A stretch of 49,732 nucleotides of DNA from Thermoplasmatales archaeon (lineage in GTDB: Archaea > Thermoplasmatota > Thermoplasmata > Thermoplasmatales > Thermoplasmataceae), in assembly GCA_027343465.1 (NCBI GenBank), contig DAHWLW010000082.1, positions 1 through 49,732 of the forward strand, in the 5' to 3' direction. Shown in pieces: positions 39,828-49,533 of the stretch. Under the pieces are notes generated by a model. That model ran no database searches. It was not told where the DNA came from and saw only the letters and a list, made by a program, of their open reading frames with translations. The number at the start of each line of letters is the position of its first letter. Positions within the stretch are counted from its first letter, which is position 1. Made by a program: the position numbers and the translations under genes.

Positions 39828-40697
39828 TCATTTGCTATTAACTGTAGCTTTCTTTCTCTGTCTTTTCCTTCTGCGGTCGGGAGAGGAGCGTGACATGTAT
39901 ATCAGAGTGGCCATAACAGCAACCGCTCCACCCAATAGCTGAAGGTTCACGGATTCCAGTACAACGATGGCTGAAAAGGTTAGTACACCTATGAGTGCAC
40001 CCATGAATATAGGGGCTGACATCAATGAGACAGTTTCCGCCCTGTGCTTCTGATCAGCAACAATTATGAAATAAAGTATGAAGCCTATAATGGCGATTAT
40101 CATGGCAACAAGGACGAAATTGTTAAGCGGTGACTGAAATGTGGAAAGTGGAGGGGGAAACTTAACTCCGTCTATGTTTGTTGACCCTGTGAATATAAGG
40201 GCTAAAATGGAAATGAACTGATAAGAATATGCCTCTGACAGTGCAGCAAAATATGATAGGCCCTGAGTTACCAGGAATACTGTGAATACCTGATCAAGAA
40301 GGGGCAGAATGGATACAAATAGCGCGGAGACTGCCCTGTTAACATTTTTTGCAAGGATTCCCTCGATGACCGAAACGGATGAAACAGAGATGAAGAGCGT
40401 GATGAATGTCTGTGTGTCCAGTGGTATTCTGAAAACACTGACAAATGGTGTATCAGGCAATAATCGCAGGTCAAGGAAGAGTGTGACCAGCACCAGAATG
40501 GCAATTACAAAGAGGGCAAGCATGTATACATCCCCCCTATATTTCTGCGGGAGAAACCTCTTTATGACTGGAAGGGCAGTTATCACTGCAAATGGAACCA
40601 CGTAAATTACATGAACAAGCTCTGGGAGTACATAAAACAAAAGAACAATGGAAGGCAGAAGAACCATAGTGTTAAGGATGTATTTTGTAACGTTCAT
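39828..40697 (-). CDS. Integral membrane protein, last gene of the MoxR cluster
   Basis: About 8 hydrophobic segments and a basic C-terminal tail; starts 2 nt after the DUF58 stop. Confidence 0.8.
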   Translation of the reverse strand: MNVTKYILNTMVLLPSIVLLFYVLPELVHVIYVVPFAVITALPVIKRFLPQKYRGDVYMLALFVIAILVLVTLFLDLRLLPDTPFVSVFRIPLDTQTFITLFISVSSVSVIEGILAKNVNRAVSALFVSILPLLDQVFTVFLVTQGLSYFAALSEAYSYQFISILALIFTGSTNIDGVKFPPPLSTFQSPLNNFVLVAMIIAIIGFILYFIIVADQKHRAETVSLMSAPIFMGALIGVLTFSAIVVLESVNLQLLGGAVAVMATLIYMSRSSPDRRRKRQRKKATVNSK

Positions 40698-40699
40698 GA

Positions 40700-42013
40700 T
40701 CAGCTCCCCAGGTTCAGTGTTCTTGCATACCTGTATTCTGCCAGTATTCTGGCTATCAATTCCCTGTCCCGGGCAACGATGGATTTAATTCCGACACCAT
40801 TGAAAAATGCCGTTACTGCCTTTAGATTTCTTCTCTGTTTGATTTCAAGGCTCATAAGAAGCTTCTTTCCCACCTCACTTTCAGGCTGTGGCTCAAAATC
40901 ATATCTGTCCGGAATAAAAAGATAAGTTGGATGGCCTGTGTTGAATTTAGACCTGTTGAGTGCTCGGAAATTTTCGGGATAGGAGAATGGCGATACAATG
41001 AATACAACAGCATTCTTTTTGAAGTTCTGCCTGATCTTCTGTAGGGCGTCGTAAATATAAAAATCGCCGGAAGGCCTCAACTCCGCCACCTTCTTTTCGA
41101 GACTCTTTATAGGATCTTCAGATTTTTTGGCTGGAATGAACTCATCTATTTCAGAGGAAATTATCTGGAAACCTATGCCATCACGATTCTTCAGAATAGA
41201 GTAAGATGCATTGATGACAGCGGAAACCATTCTGTCATACATTCTCATTCCGTTATATCCGGCATTTACTCCTGTGCTGTAATCCAGAACAAAGTATACG
41301 TCAATCTGCCTCTCCTCCTCCATCTGCTTTATGTAAAGATCATCGCCGTCTATTGCCCCATAACGGTTCCATGCAACGTATCTGAAGTCATCAGATTCAA
41401 CATACTGCCTTATTCCATAGAAATCATAGCCCTGGCCGCTCTTCCTCGAGAAATGTATCCCAACAGTGAAGAGGAAATTACTGAGGCGTTCACTCCTCTG
41501 TGTGAAAACATCTGACATTGATGGACCCACCTTTATGGCGCTTGCCTTCTCTATGGCAACATTCTCAATGCAGAGTTTCATAGGATCTTCAGTGTAAAGC
41601 CGAAGGGGGCCTATTTCGAATTTTCCGATTGACAAACACTTGAAACTGTAACTCACAGTTTTTGTCTCTCCGGGTTTCAGTGCAATCTCCCCTTCAAATT
41701 CCCCTGAGGAGCTGAAGTTATCAGATAGTGTGTCGTAATAATGAAATTTCACAAGGTTCCTGTTTGGGTTGTAAAACTTCAGGGTCACCTGCTTTTCAAG
41801 ATACTTCCGTGTAAAATCGTTTTCCATTACTCTATCCACCCGGATTCTTTCAAGTGCAGGACTTGTGAACTTATTGAAAAGTATGATGTCAGAGCTGATT
41901 ATGAAGAATAGGATGAACGAGAATACGATGAAATATTCATAGCCGAATATAATCGATTCAACTATCCCATAGGACATTACCCCAAGGAGGGCAAGCCCTG
42001 ACTTCTTTATCAT
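40700..42013 (-). CDS. DUF58 (MoxR-associated, vWA-like) membrane-anchored protein
   Basis: N-terminal TM pair, GKFEIGP, GYDFYGIRQYVESDDFRYVAW, FVLDYS. Confidence 0.9.
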   Translation of the reverse strand: MIKKSGLALLGVMSYGIVESIIFGYEYFIVFSFILFFIISSDIILFNKFTSPALERIRVDRVMENDFTRKYLEKQVTLKFYNPNRNLVKFHYYDTLSDNFSSSGEFEGEIALKPGETKTVSYSFKCLSIGKFEIGPLRLYTEDPMKLCIENVAIEKASAIKVGPSMSDVFTQRSERLSNFLFTVGIHFSRKSGQGYDFYGIRQYVESDDFRYVAWNRYGAIDGDDLYIKQMEEERQIDVYFVLDYSTGVNAGYNGMRMYDRMVSAVINASYSILKNRDGIGFQIISSEIDEFIPAKKSEDPIKSLEKKVAELRPSGDFYIYDALQKIRQNFKKNAVVFIVSPFSYPENFRALNRSKFNTGHPTYLFIPDRYDFEPQPESEVGKKLLMSLEIKQRRNLKAVTAFFNGVGIKSIVARDRELIARILAEYRYARTLNLGS

Positions 42014-42981
42014 CTTGGAGACACGACTGAATTAACTATCCTCTCAATTATCCTGTTTGATGTGCTGTACCCGTCGCCACCGCTTTCAAGAAGTGCCTCA
42101 GGCCTCAGAATTAGCCTGTGGTTTAAAAGAGCCTGTGAAAGAAACCTTACATCCTCCGGAATTACATAATCACGGGCGTTAAGCAAAGCGTTAACCTTGG
42201 CCGCCATGAGATATTTCGCAGATGTTCTTGGGCTTGCTCCGACGAGAACCAGATCATTGGTTCTTGTCTGCCTTATTATGTCCACGATATAAGTTATTAT
42301 CTCCTCACTGGCGTAAACCTGTCTGGCTTCCTTTCGAAGGGCAATTATCTTGTTTGAGTCAATGAGGAACTCATCTTGATCCTGATCTAAGCTTATTGAC
42401 CGGAGTATTCCCATCTCCTCTTCTCTGGATGGGTAAGTCAGGATATAACGGAAAAGAAACCTGTCCATAAGGGCCTCTGCCAGGGGAAAAGTTCCCTCCT
42501 GCTCTATCGGGTTCTGAGTGGCTATGACCAGGAAGGGCTCCGGGAGAGGATAATCCTCACCTCCCACAGACACCTTCATTTCTTCCATCCCCTCCAGCAA
42601 TGCCGACTGTACCTTTGCGGGAGTTCTGTTTATTTCATCCGCAAGGAGCACGTTGGCAAAGATGGGGCCCCTCCTGAATTCCAGCTTCCTCTGTTCCATA
42701 TTGAATACAATACTTCCAGTGATGTCACTTGGCAGCATATCGGGTGTAAACTGAATTCTTTTGAAATCCATGTTCAGATTTCTCGAAAACTCGCTGGCAA
42801 GCATTGTCTTTGCAAGGCCTGGGACTCCTTCCAACAACATATGATTTCTGCTAATAAGTGAAATGAAAAGAAAACGCACTATAGGCTCTGACCCTATAAC
42901 TTTCTTACCTATCCTCTGCTCTATTTTTCTAATAGTATTCCTGAGTTCAATTACCTCTCCATCACTGTATTCCTCTGTCAT
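42010..42981 (-). CDS. MoxR-family AAA+ ATPase (MRP subfamily)
   Basis: LLEGVPGLAKT, RIQFTPDMLPSDITG, LADEINR, ATQNPIEQEGTFPLAEA, GASPR; start taken at ATG 42981. Confidence 0.96.
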   Translation of the reverse strand: MTEEYSDGEVIELRNTIRKIEQRIGKKVIGSEPIVRFLFISLISRNHMLLEGVPGLAKTMLASEFSRNLNMDFKRIQFTPDMLPSDITGSIVFNMEQRKLEFRRGPIFANVLLADEINRTPAKVQSALLEGMEEMKVSVGGEDYPLPEPFLVIATQNPIEQEGTFPLAEALMDRFLFRYILTYPSREEEMGILRSISLDQDQDEFLIDSNKIIALRKEARQVYASEEIITYIVDIIRQTRTNDLVLVGASPRTSAKYLMAAKVNALLNARDYVIPEDVRFLSQALLNHRLILRPEALLESGGDGYSTSNRIIERIVNSVVSPR

Positions 42982-42982
42982 A

Positions 42983-43483
42983 TCAGTTTTCTTCCTCCTC
43001 AAATTCGATGGTTTCAAATCTTGATCTTCTGAGCCTGTTGTATAAATTCAGCATTTCATTGAATGTTTTCATTTTCCCCTCCTCTCCCCGTTTCTTCTTC
43101 TTCGGCCGGCTGCTTTCAGCCATGCGTGAGAACTTGCTGTACCTTCTCTCAAGGGACTCAAAATACTGAGGGTACCCCTTAAGTACCTCAAAATCATGTT
43201 TAATCGGCACGAGAAAGTGTTCAATATCCATACTCCTTACATGGTCTGCCTCTCCCGTGAAGAAATCCCTTGGAATCACAAACTTTTCTCGCTTCTGTTC
43301 CAGAGTGGGCGGGGCATCTATTTTTGTTCTTCTTGCAAAGCCCCTGATGGCAAGCGATGAAATCCAAATTACCAGTATGGGTATGACAAAACTCAGTAAC
43401 ATGAGCGGGTTAGACTCTATCCTGCCAGGAAAACCTTCTATTAATGAAAGAAGGGTTGAGCCTATGTAAGTTTCGCTGACCAT
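42983..43483 (-). CDS. Single-TM hypothetical protein in the MoxR cluster
   Basis: One hydrophobic helix followed by a charged domain; 1-3 nt gaps to its neighbours. Confidence 0.8.
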   Translation of the reverse strand: MVSETYIGSTLLSLIEGFPGRIESNPLMLLSFVIPILVIWISSLAIRGFARRTKIDAPPTLEQKREKFVIPRDFFTGEADHVRSMDIEHFLVPIKHDFEVLKGYPQYFESLERRYSKFSRMAESSRPKKKKRGEEGKMKTFNEMLNLYNRLRRSRFETIEFEEEEN

Positions 43484-43486
43484 TTG

Positions 43487-44053
43487 TCACTCCCGCATAG
43501 CATCTGCGAAATACAGTTTCATTATGTCCATGTAATTATATATACCTTCAAATTTGTCCAGCATCTCGTCTCCGGAGAACTGTACAGATTTTGCGAACCT
43601 GGCAGGCTCATAATAGTTCAGGAAATATGTCACGATTCGTTTCAGTGCATTAAGCCTCTCCTTTTCCAAATCACTTGTCGGGCTAATGCCATCGAGAGCT
43701 TCGTGCATTGAAAAACCGTCAACAAGAGCTCCAGTACCAATAGAACCCTTCAGGTCCTTGATCTCCCTGATTATAAAATCCCTTTCACCTGAACCAGTTG
43801 ATCTGGGCCGTGAAAAGTATCTGCAGTAATCATCCCTTGCGGCTTGATATGTAACTGAGGCGGCTTTTTCCAGATGCTCTTCACCCAGCAACTTTCGAGC
43901 TTCAAGCATTGGCGGAATGTCGCCAACAGTCTTAACCTCCACGACCGTCTCAACTGTCTGTACATTTCTGCCTGCCTTCGATTTCTGTTTGGCTGGTTTG
44001 CTGCTTTTCTTTACAGTCTTAACTTTTTTCTTATCATTGGAGAATAGCCCCAT
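43487..44053 (-). CDS. Soluble hypothetical protein in the MoxR cluster
   Basis: GAGGTG ribosome-binding site; MGLF start with a Lys-rich N-terminus. Confidence 0.8.
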   Translation of the reverse strand: MGLFSNDKKKVKTVKKSSKPAKQKSKAGRNVQTVETVVEVKTVGDIPPMLEARKLLGEEHLEKAASVTYQAARDDYCRYFSRPRSTGSGERDFIIREIKDLKGSIGTGALVDGFSMHEALDGISPTSDLEKERLNALKRIVTYFLNYYEPARFAKSVQFSGDEMLDKFEGIYNYMDIMKLYFADAMRE

Positions 44054-44062
44054 TTATTCACC

Positions 44063-46852
44063 TCAGCTGAGATTCACAGTCAGATAATTGGCATTAACAC
44101 TTGCAAGTGTCACATTATGGGATGGGAAATAATATGAGAGACTAAAGTTATTTACCCCTCCTGGAACGATAATGAAATAATTCGTGAACTCCAAAGAATT
44201 GCTGCCATTCATTGTCGGAGTGACAAAGGTACCATTGCTGGCAAGGGTGTAATTTGCACCAATATTGATATCTCCATAATTAATTGATTCTAGATACTCC
44301 TTCTGAGAACCCCCCATGAAAGTGAAATTGTAATAAACATAATTGTTAGAATCTGCTTCTTTGCTTTTCTCTGACACAGTGTGATCAGAAATGTTCAGAT
44401 TTAGGGTCTGAACAGGAGATGCATCAGTCAGGGTATATGAAGTGGATTTTGCCAAATTGTTTCCAAGGTAGATGAATGTGGAGACTGCTCCGGAATATTC
44501 AGCAAAGTAATAGATGCCTGAACCCGACAGATCTAGACCATTTGGTACTGGCCCACTTACTGAAACTTTGAATTCTACTGGGCTTGAATAATTAAGAATC
44601 ACAAGGAATGGTTCCAGTTTGATCGTTTTAACAGAATTGGATGATAGATTCACCTGAGTGCTGTTTGGAACAAAGTACGGATTCGTATAGTTGAATATGT
44701 AGTTACCATCAGGAAGTGAATAGTTGAGTATTGTGAGGTTTGACCCACTTTGATAGTATGATGTGAATGTTGCTGGAAGCAGATAGTTGCTTGAGTTCAT
44801 GCCATTCGAGGGGGGTGCTGCTCCAGAATAGTTATAAGGATTCTGCAGTGTTATCCTAAGAGTGAACAGAGGTTTGCCAGCCATATTATCTGTAAAAATG
44901 TGTCCCGAATCAGGAATAGAGGATGTATTTACACTGAATGGAACGCCATTGTAATCCATAGCCTCAGGAAGCACAGTAAAGGTCCCGCCGTAAAGCAGGG
45001 CTACAGTCACTTCACCAGATGAATTAGTATCTGCCTTCATAAGATAATACTGGGAATTGACATATATGAATAATGCCACCTGAACTCCGGAGATAGGTTT
45101 GGAGTTATTCATCAGTTTAAGAATGAATGAACTGTGGTTATAATTGACTGTGGTAGGAGTTGGGAAAGTGCTGTTCATTTCTCCCTGAATCTGGGAAGAA
45201 TTCGTCCCGGGCAATCCAGATGAACGTGGCCATACAGATGTTCCATTGCCTATTGAACTGACTGTGGTCAGACTTTCATTGATGCTTGCATTTCCTGGAG
45301 AGATGCTGACAGTCTTATTCACGTACCCTGGTTTAGACAGATGTATTGAGTATCCACCGGATGTGAGGTTAAGGCTTATGTTTCCTTTACCTCCAGTATA
45401 ATTTGAGTAAATGGAGGGTCCGTTTGTCCCGGATGTTACATTAACATTTACGCCAGATAATCCACTTCCATTAAGCCCTGTGGTGTGTAAGTGAATATTT
45501 TCTATCCCAGATGAGCTGGGGGCCAGATTCAGGTTTTTCAGCAAGGACCCTCCCTGAAGATTCCCGGACAGGTTGAAAGGTTTAGACAGCTGAGATATAA
45601 TGCTGAAATTGTATTGGCCAGGGAATGTCATATTGAATGAATACTGGCCATTTGCGTTTGTAGTAATATTTTTAACGAAATAAGTGCCGTTTACACTTGT
45701 AAGAACTTCGAATCTTTGCGATGCCGCAACTCCTGATGTTCCATTCAGCTTCATAAGGCCAGTGATTGTTGTTTTCAGGCTGACTGCATAATCAGGGTGC
45801 GATGCATTATTATCGATATAGGCAGCGAAGTATGACGAGAGTTGCTGAGGTACAGTATAAGAAGGTTGCTGGATTGTATTTTTAAAGGGGTTCTCAGAGG
45901 CTAGAGTTAAATTGTAGTATGTGGGGCTTGAACGCACTGCTACATATACAGAATCGTTCTGATATCCTTCAGACGAGGCCCCGATATGATTGTTTCCGAA
46001 GTCCGCAGCAACTGAATATTCCCCTGAACTCAAAGTGGCGTACTGGCCTGTGGTTGCAGAGTATACTGAATAACTGGATATTCTCTGGCCAAGCATATTC
46101 CTTGCGTCCCCGGTTATGAAAGCGCCTGTTTGATTGTTTGAAATGAGATTAACTTTCAAACCTGAAATAGTTGAATCAGTCACGTTTACATAACCTGGTA
46201 CTGTTAAATTTGAAAAACCACGTTTTGAAGCAGTTATACTGAAATTACCTGCCACTGCCTCCAGTGAAAATTGACCTGAAGAGGAAGAGGACGTTTTATA
46301 CGCACCCCAGGGATCTGAAAGCGTCAGGCCAACGTCACTTACGGGCGTCCCATTGTATAAGGTGGAACCGCTGATATCATACTTTGGAGAGGGGTTAAAG
46401 CTTAGATTGTTCCAAACTGTAGCATTTAGCGGAAGATAATTCTGAGTATAGAGAACATTATATTGAAACATTTCAAAGGCGAACTTGCCATATCCGCTTT
46501 GAAGGAAGACAATCTGGTAAAACCCACTGCTGCTTGTCCTTACAGCAGTACTTACTGAAAGTACAGCAGAATACATTGTCATGTTTCCCAATGGGGCCCC
46601 GTTTGATGCATTTCTGGCGTACCCCTGCATTACAACAGTTGAATTGCCGTAGTCCTTGAATGAGGTATTACTTCCCCCAAGGCCGTATTTATTGTAATTT
46701 TCGTACTTGTATATTTGAGGAGGCTGAAAATTCTTGGGAGGTGTTATTGTTATTTGTGCCGGTGAAGCAGGATAATCAACATGAAAGAATACGAATACTC
46801 CGGAAATTAGAACCATCCCAACTACCAGGAGGGCTATTGATTTTGGTGACAA
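44063..46852 (-). CDS. Large secreted/surface glycoprotein with tandem carboxypeptidase-regulatory-like beta-sandwich domains
   Basis: N-terminal hydrophobic segment; repeated T-x-x-x-G-x-[YF] and G-x-[YF]-x-I..[KS]-x-G-[YF] units; many N-x-S/T sequons; rich in S/T/N/G/Y. Confidence 0.85.
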   Translation of the reverse strand: MSPKSIALLVVGMVLISGVFVFFHVDYPASPAQITITPPKNFQPPQIYKYENYNKYGLGGSNTSFKDYGNSTVVMQGYARNASNGAPLGNMTMYSAVLSVSTAVRTSSSGFYQIVFLQSGYGKFAFEMFQYNVLYTQNYLPLNATVWNNLSFNPSPKYDISGSTLYNGTPVSDVGLTLSDPWGAYKTSSSSSGQFSLEAVAGNFSITASKRGFSNLTVPGYVNVTDSTISGLKVNLISNNQTGAFITGDARNMLGQRISSYSVYSATTGQYATLSSGEYSVAADFGNNHIGASSEGYQNDSVYVAVRSSPTYYNLTLASENPFKNTIQQPSYTVPQQLSSYFAAYIDNNASHPDYAVSLKTTITGLMKLNGTSGVAASQRFEVLTSVNGTYFVKNITTNANGQYSFNMTFPGQYNFSIISQLSKPFNLSGNLQGGSLLKNLNLAPSSSGIENIHLHTTGLNGSGLSGVNVNVTSGTNGPSIYSNYTGGKGNISLNLTSGGYSIHLSKPGYVNKTVSISPGNASINESLTTVSSIGNGTSVWPRSSGLPGTNSSQIQGEMNSTFPTPTTVNYNHSSFILKLMNNSKPISGVQVALFIYVNSQYYLMKADTNSSGEVTVALLYGGTFTVLPEAMDYNGVPFSVNTSSIPDSGHIFTDNMAGKPLFTLRITLQNPYNYSGAAPPSNGMNSSNYLLPATFTSYYQSGSNLTILNYSLPDGNYIFNYTNPYFVPNSTQVNLSSNSVKTIKLEPFLVILNYSSPVEFKVSVSGPVPNGLDLSGSGIYYFAEYSGAVSTFIYLGNNLAKSTSYTLTDASPVQTLNLNISDHTVSEKSKEADSNNYVYYNFTFMGGSQKEYLESINYGDINIGANYTLASNGTFVTPTMNGSNSLEFTNYFIIVPGGVNNFSLSYYFPSHNVTLASVNANYLTVNLS

Positions 46853-46874
46853 ACACTATTAGAGACAAGCCATG

Positions 46875-46882
46875 TATTAAAA
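46875..46882 (-). promoter_or_regulatory. TATA box of the surface-protein/MoxR operon
   Basis: Minus-strand TTTTAATA 23-30 nt upstream of TTG 46852. Confidence 0.6.
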
Positions 46883-46950
46883 GTTTTGTACAGTCTTCTT
46901 TTTCATGAAGAGCAACGATAAAGCGCTTCTATATGGCCTCTGTTCAATCT

Positions 46951-48504
46951 TCAATTTCTGACCTTGACTGCTACACCTTTCCTGAGAGATCTCATTGCAT
47001 CCACTGGCATTTTTGCGGTGCCTACACCCCGTATTTCACCTGCGTGATGGAGCACAACCTCGTCTCCAGGTCTGATATCAGAGGATGCGTCTTTGATACC
47101 TACAGCATAGATATTGGCAGTAGGCTTGAAATCATCTATTTCCACTAGGTATCTGGAATTGTCAATGAACCAGCTTGCAGCATTTTTTGTAATTGAAAAG
47201 AGCCCCCTCTCTTCGTGAAAAACTAAAGCAGGTTTTCCTTCATAAACCAGCATTTCTCGGTCATAGTTTTTTATTATTCTTGACCTTGAAATATAGGGCA
47301 CAATCCATTTGCCAAACTGATACCTGGCAATAGAGATGAATTCCTGCATCTTTGTATTTCGTCTAATCTGTTTATCTTCACTGATCCCTATATCAATGGA
47401 ATCAAGCAGTGCAGAGAACTCTTTGTCTCCGGAATGCTTGTCCCAGAATATAACTTCAGATCCAGCAGGTAGATGATCACCTATGAATCTGAGCGTTTCA
47501 TCAATAAACGCTATAACCCTGCTGTATTTGTTTCTCGCAAAATATTGATCTAGCATTGAATTGATCATTCTCTGCTCTTCAAGATACCACTGCCCTGTAA
47601 CTGGAATATCGTAGAATGCAGGCGGGTATGTTCTCTCCAGATCTCTTGGAACCAATCCTACGGGGGATGTTACAATTATTTCATGTAGTTTTCTACGTCT
47701 GTTTCCCAGTGCTTTGAAAAGCCTCTGATGGGTCTTGGATGAAGAATATGGTTTTCTTGCTGTACATGGGATTAACAGAGCTATTAGTCCCCCATCTTCA
47801 AGGGTGTACTCTTCAGATATATAGGATCTGTATCTCCTCAAATCCGGCCTTTTCAGTGATTCAAGGCTTCCGGCAATGATACTGGAAGTGTATCTTGGAA
47901 ATCCGGCCTCAATATTATCATACATAACCTCATCCGAATGCCTGAGTATCTCAATTGCTCTAGAACTGACAGATGCTCTCTCTACAAGCTCTCTTAGAGT
48001 TCCACCTTCAACGGCTAGAGCGCAATATTTTGCAATCTGGGAAACATACTCTGAATTTGATGATGAATTGTCCTCTCCGTTCCGTATCCTTCCGAATGGG
48101 GTATACTTGATGCCCTCACTCCCTTCCAGAATTGACTGAGTATTGTCAAAAAATGATATCCCCAGATAAACAAGAGCGGGAATGATGTAAGGGTCACTGA
48201 ATCCCTGAGCGTATATAAGTCTGGAATAACCATACCTCTTTCTTATCTCTGTAAGCAGTCTAATAAGTTTTCTAGGCCTCTGAACAATTGAATTTATGTC
48301 TGGAATTAGGAGAATATCCTCTCCCAGTTCTATATAATGATCCTGGGAGGAGACAAAATTCCAAGGTACCAAGTCATCTCTTAATAACCCACCGAATATA
48401 GTAACAAAATCTTCTGAGTGGGGATCCAGAACCGCAGGGTAATGGATTCTGTTCTCCAGAATTCCTGATCTTCCAGAAGCAAAAAAGGATCTGTCTTCGA
48501 ACAA
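46951..48504 (-). CDS. arcS: Archaeosine synthase ArcS (TgtA2) with C-terminal PUA domain
   Basis: IPCTARKPYSSSKTH, TSPVGLVPRDLE..YDIPVTGQW, YQFG, PUA region IRPGDEV..KGVAVKVR. Confidence 0.92.
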   Translation of the reverse strand: MFEDRSFFASGRSGILENRIHYPAVLDPHSEDFVTIFGGLLRDDLVPWNFVSSQDHYIELGEDILLIPDINSIVQRPRKLIRLLTEIRKRYGYSRLIYAQGFSDPYIIPALVYLGISFFDNTQSILEGSEGIKYTPFGRIRNGEDNSSSNSEYVSQIAKYCALAVEGGTLRELVERASVSSRAIEILRHSDEVMYDNIEAGFPRYTSSIIAGSLESLKRPDLRRYRSYISEEYTLEDGGLIALLIPCTARKPYSSSKTHQRLFKALGNRRRKLHEIIVTSPVGLVPRDLERTYPPAFYDIPVTGQWYLEEQRMINSMLDQYFARNKYSRVIAFIDETLRFIGDHLPAGSEVIFWDKHSGDKEFSALLDSIDIGISEDKQIRRNTKMQEFISIARYQFGKWIVPYISRSRIIKNYDREMLVYEGKPALVFHEERGLFSITKNAASWFIDNSRYLVEIDDFKPTANIYAVGIKDASSDIRPGDEVVLHHAGEIRGVGTAKMPVDAMRSLRKGVAVKVRN

Positions 48505-48613
48505 TGTATCACCAGATGCGTACTTTGCTTATCATAATTTTGAAAGAGATGAGAACAATTATCCGAGTAATACCCGGATATAGTCCTTGCAGGAATATAA
48601 TAGAGTTTCCTGA

Positions 48614-48672
48614 TGATCAGCTTTGAATGGGACAACATTAGATTCGATAGAAGACCGATCTTTCATCAATCA
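48614..48672 (-). ncRNA. Candidate box C/D methylation guide sRNA
   Basis: Minus strand TGA-T-TGATGA-(42 nt)-CTGA-TCA: exact C and D boxes, a 3-bp closing stem, intergenic location; internal D'/C' boxes degenerate. Confidence 0.45.
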
Positions 48673-48702
48673 AGTAATAGAATCGTACACAGGATAATTA
48701 TT

Positions 48703-49086
48703 TCAAAGGTTTATTCCGGCGATCTCTCTGGCTATGGCTTCGGTGGCGGAGTTAAGCTTCCTTACCGCTTCCTTTGATCTTTCCTCTTTGAATAGATCTT
48801 CGATCCTCCTGAACCTTATGTGTGTACTTGCATTAACTTCGTATACCAGTATCTTGGACGGAAGATCAATGCCTATTGCCGGAATTTCCTGCATCAGAGA
48901 TGTACCGATAGCAGGGTTTCCAAACACAAAAACCGTGCAATTGTTCATCTTAAGGCCAACTTTTTCGGCGTTCAAGCGGTGGTCGAATACTGCGAATTCC
49001 GTGAGCTTTCTGTTTTTAATCTCTTCCCTTAGGTTGGAAACAGTTTCCTCGAAAGAAAACTTACTTACAATATCTATATCGTCCAT
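48703..49086 (-). CDS. DUF302 family protein
   Basis: FAVFDH, VFGNPAIGTSLMQ, GIDLPSKILVYE. Confidence 0.9.
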   Translation of the reverse strand: MDDIDIVSKFSFEETVSNLREEIKNRKLTEFAVFDHRLNAEKVGLKMNNCTVFVFGNPAIGTSLMQEIPAIGIDLPSKILVYEVNASTHIRFRRIEDLFKEERSKEAVRKLNSATEAIAREIAGINL

Positions 49087-49533
49087 AATCTGTTCTTATC
49101 TTTATCTGATATTTAAGAATGTTTTGGAAAAGGACATACGGGTTCACTTATTTGTGTCGATAACTGACATAGAATTGTTTATTGAATATGCAATAGTTTG
49201 TATTAGAAATATCATGTGCAGAATCCCTAAAGAAAAGTGGAAATTTTTTACAAAATCCGCCATGTCTTTTGATATAAGGTCGTTATGGATGTCACAGTCT
49301 GCAACTTACGGCATTTACCTGTATTCTCATTCTGTTAATAATATCCAACATCTGGTTGACAATATATGAAATTTGAGACAGCCAATAATCTGAATACCTG
49401 GTGAATTGTGCTATTGTTAATATCTTAAGTCCAATGATAAGCGCGAAAAGTATTCAGAAATGTATTGGAAAGATTAATTAGTCTTAGTTCACTTGGCTAA
49501 TTCATACAGCAAAACAAGGATCAGTGAAATTGG

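Noticed and set aside
48734-49369. 211-aa plus-strand ORF
   Set aside because: Largely the antisense shadow of the DUF302 gene, with no recognisable motif
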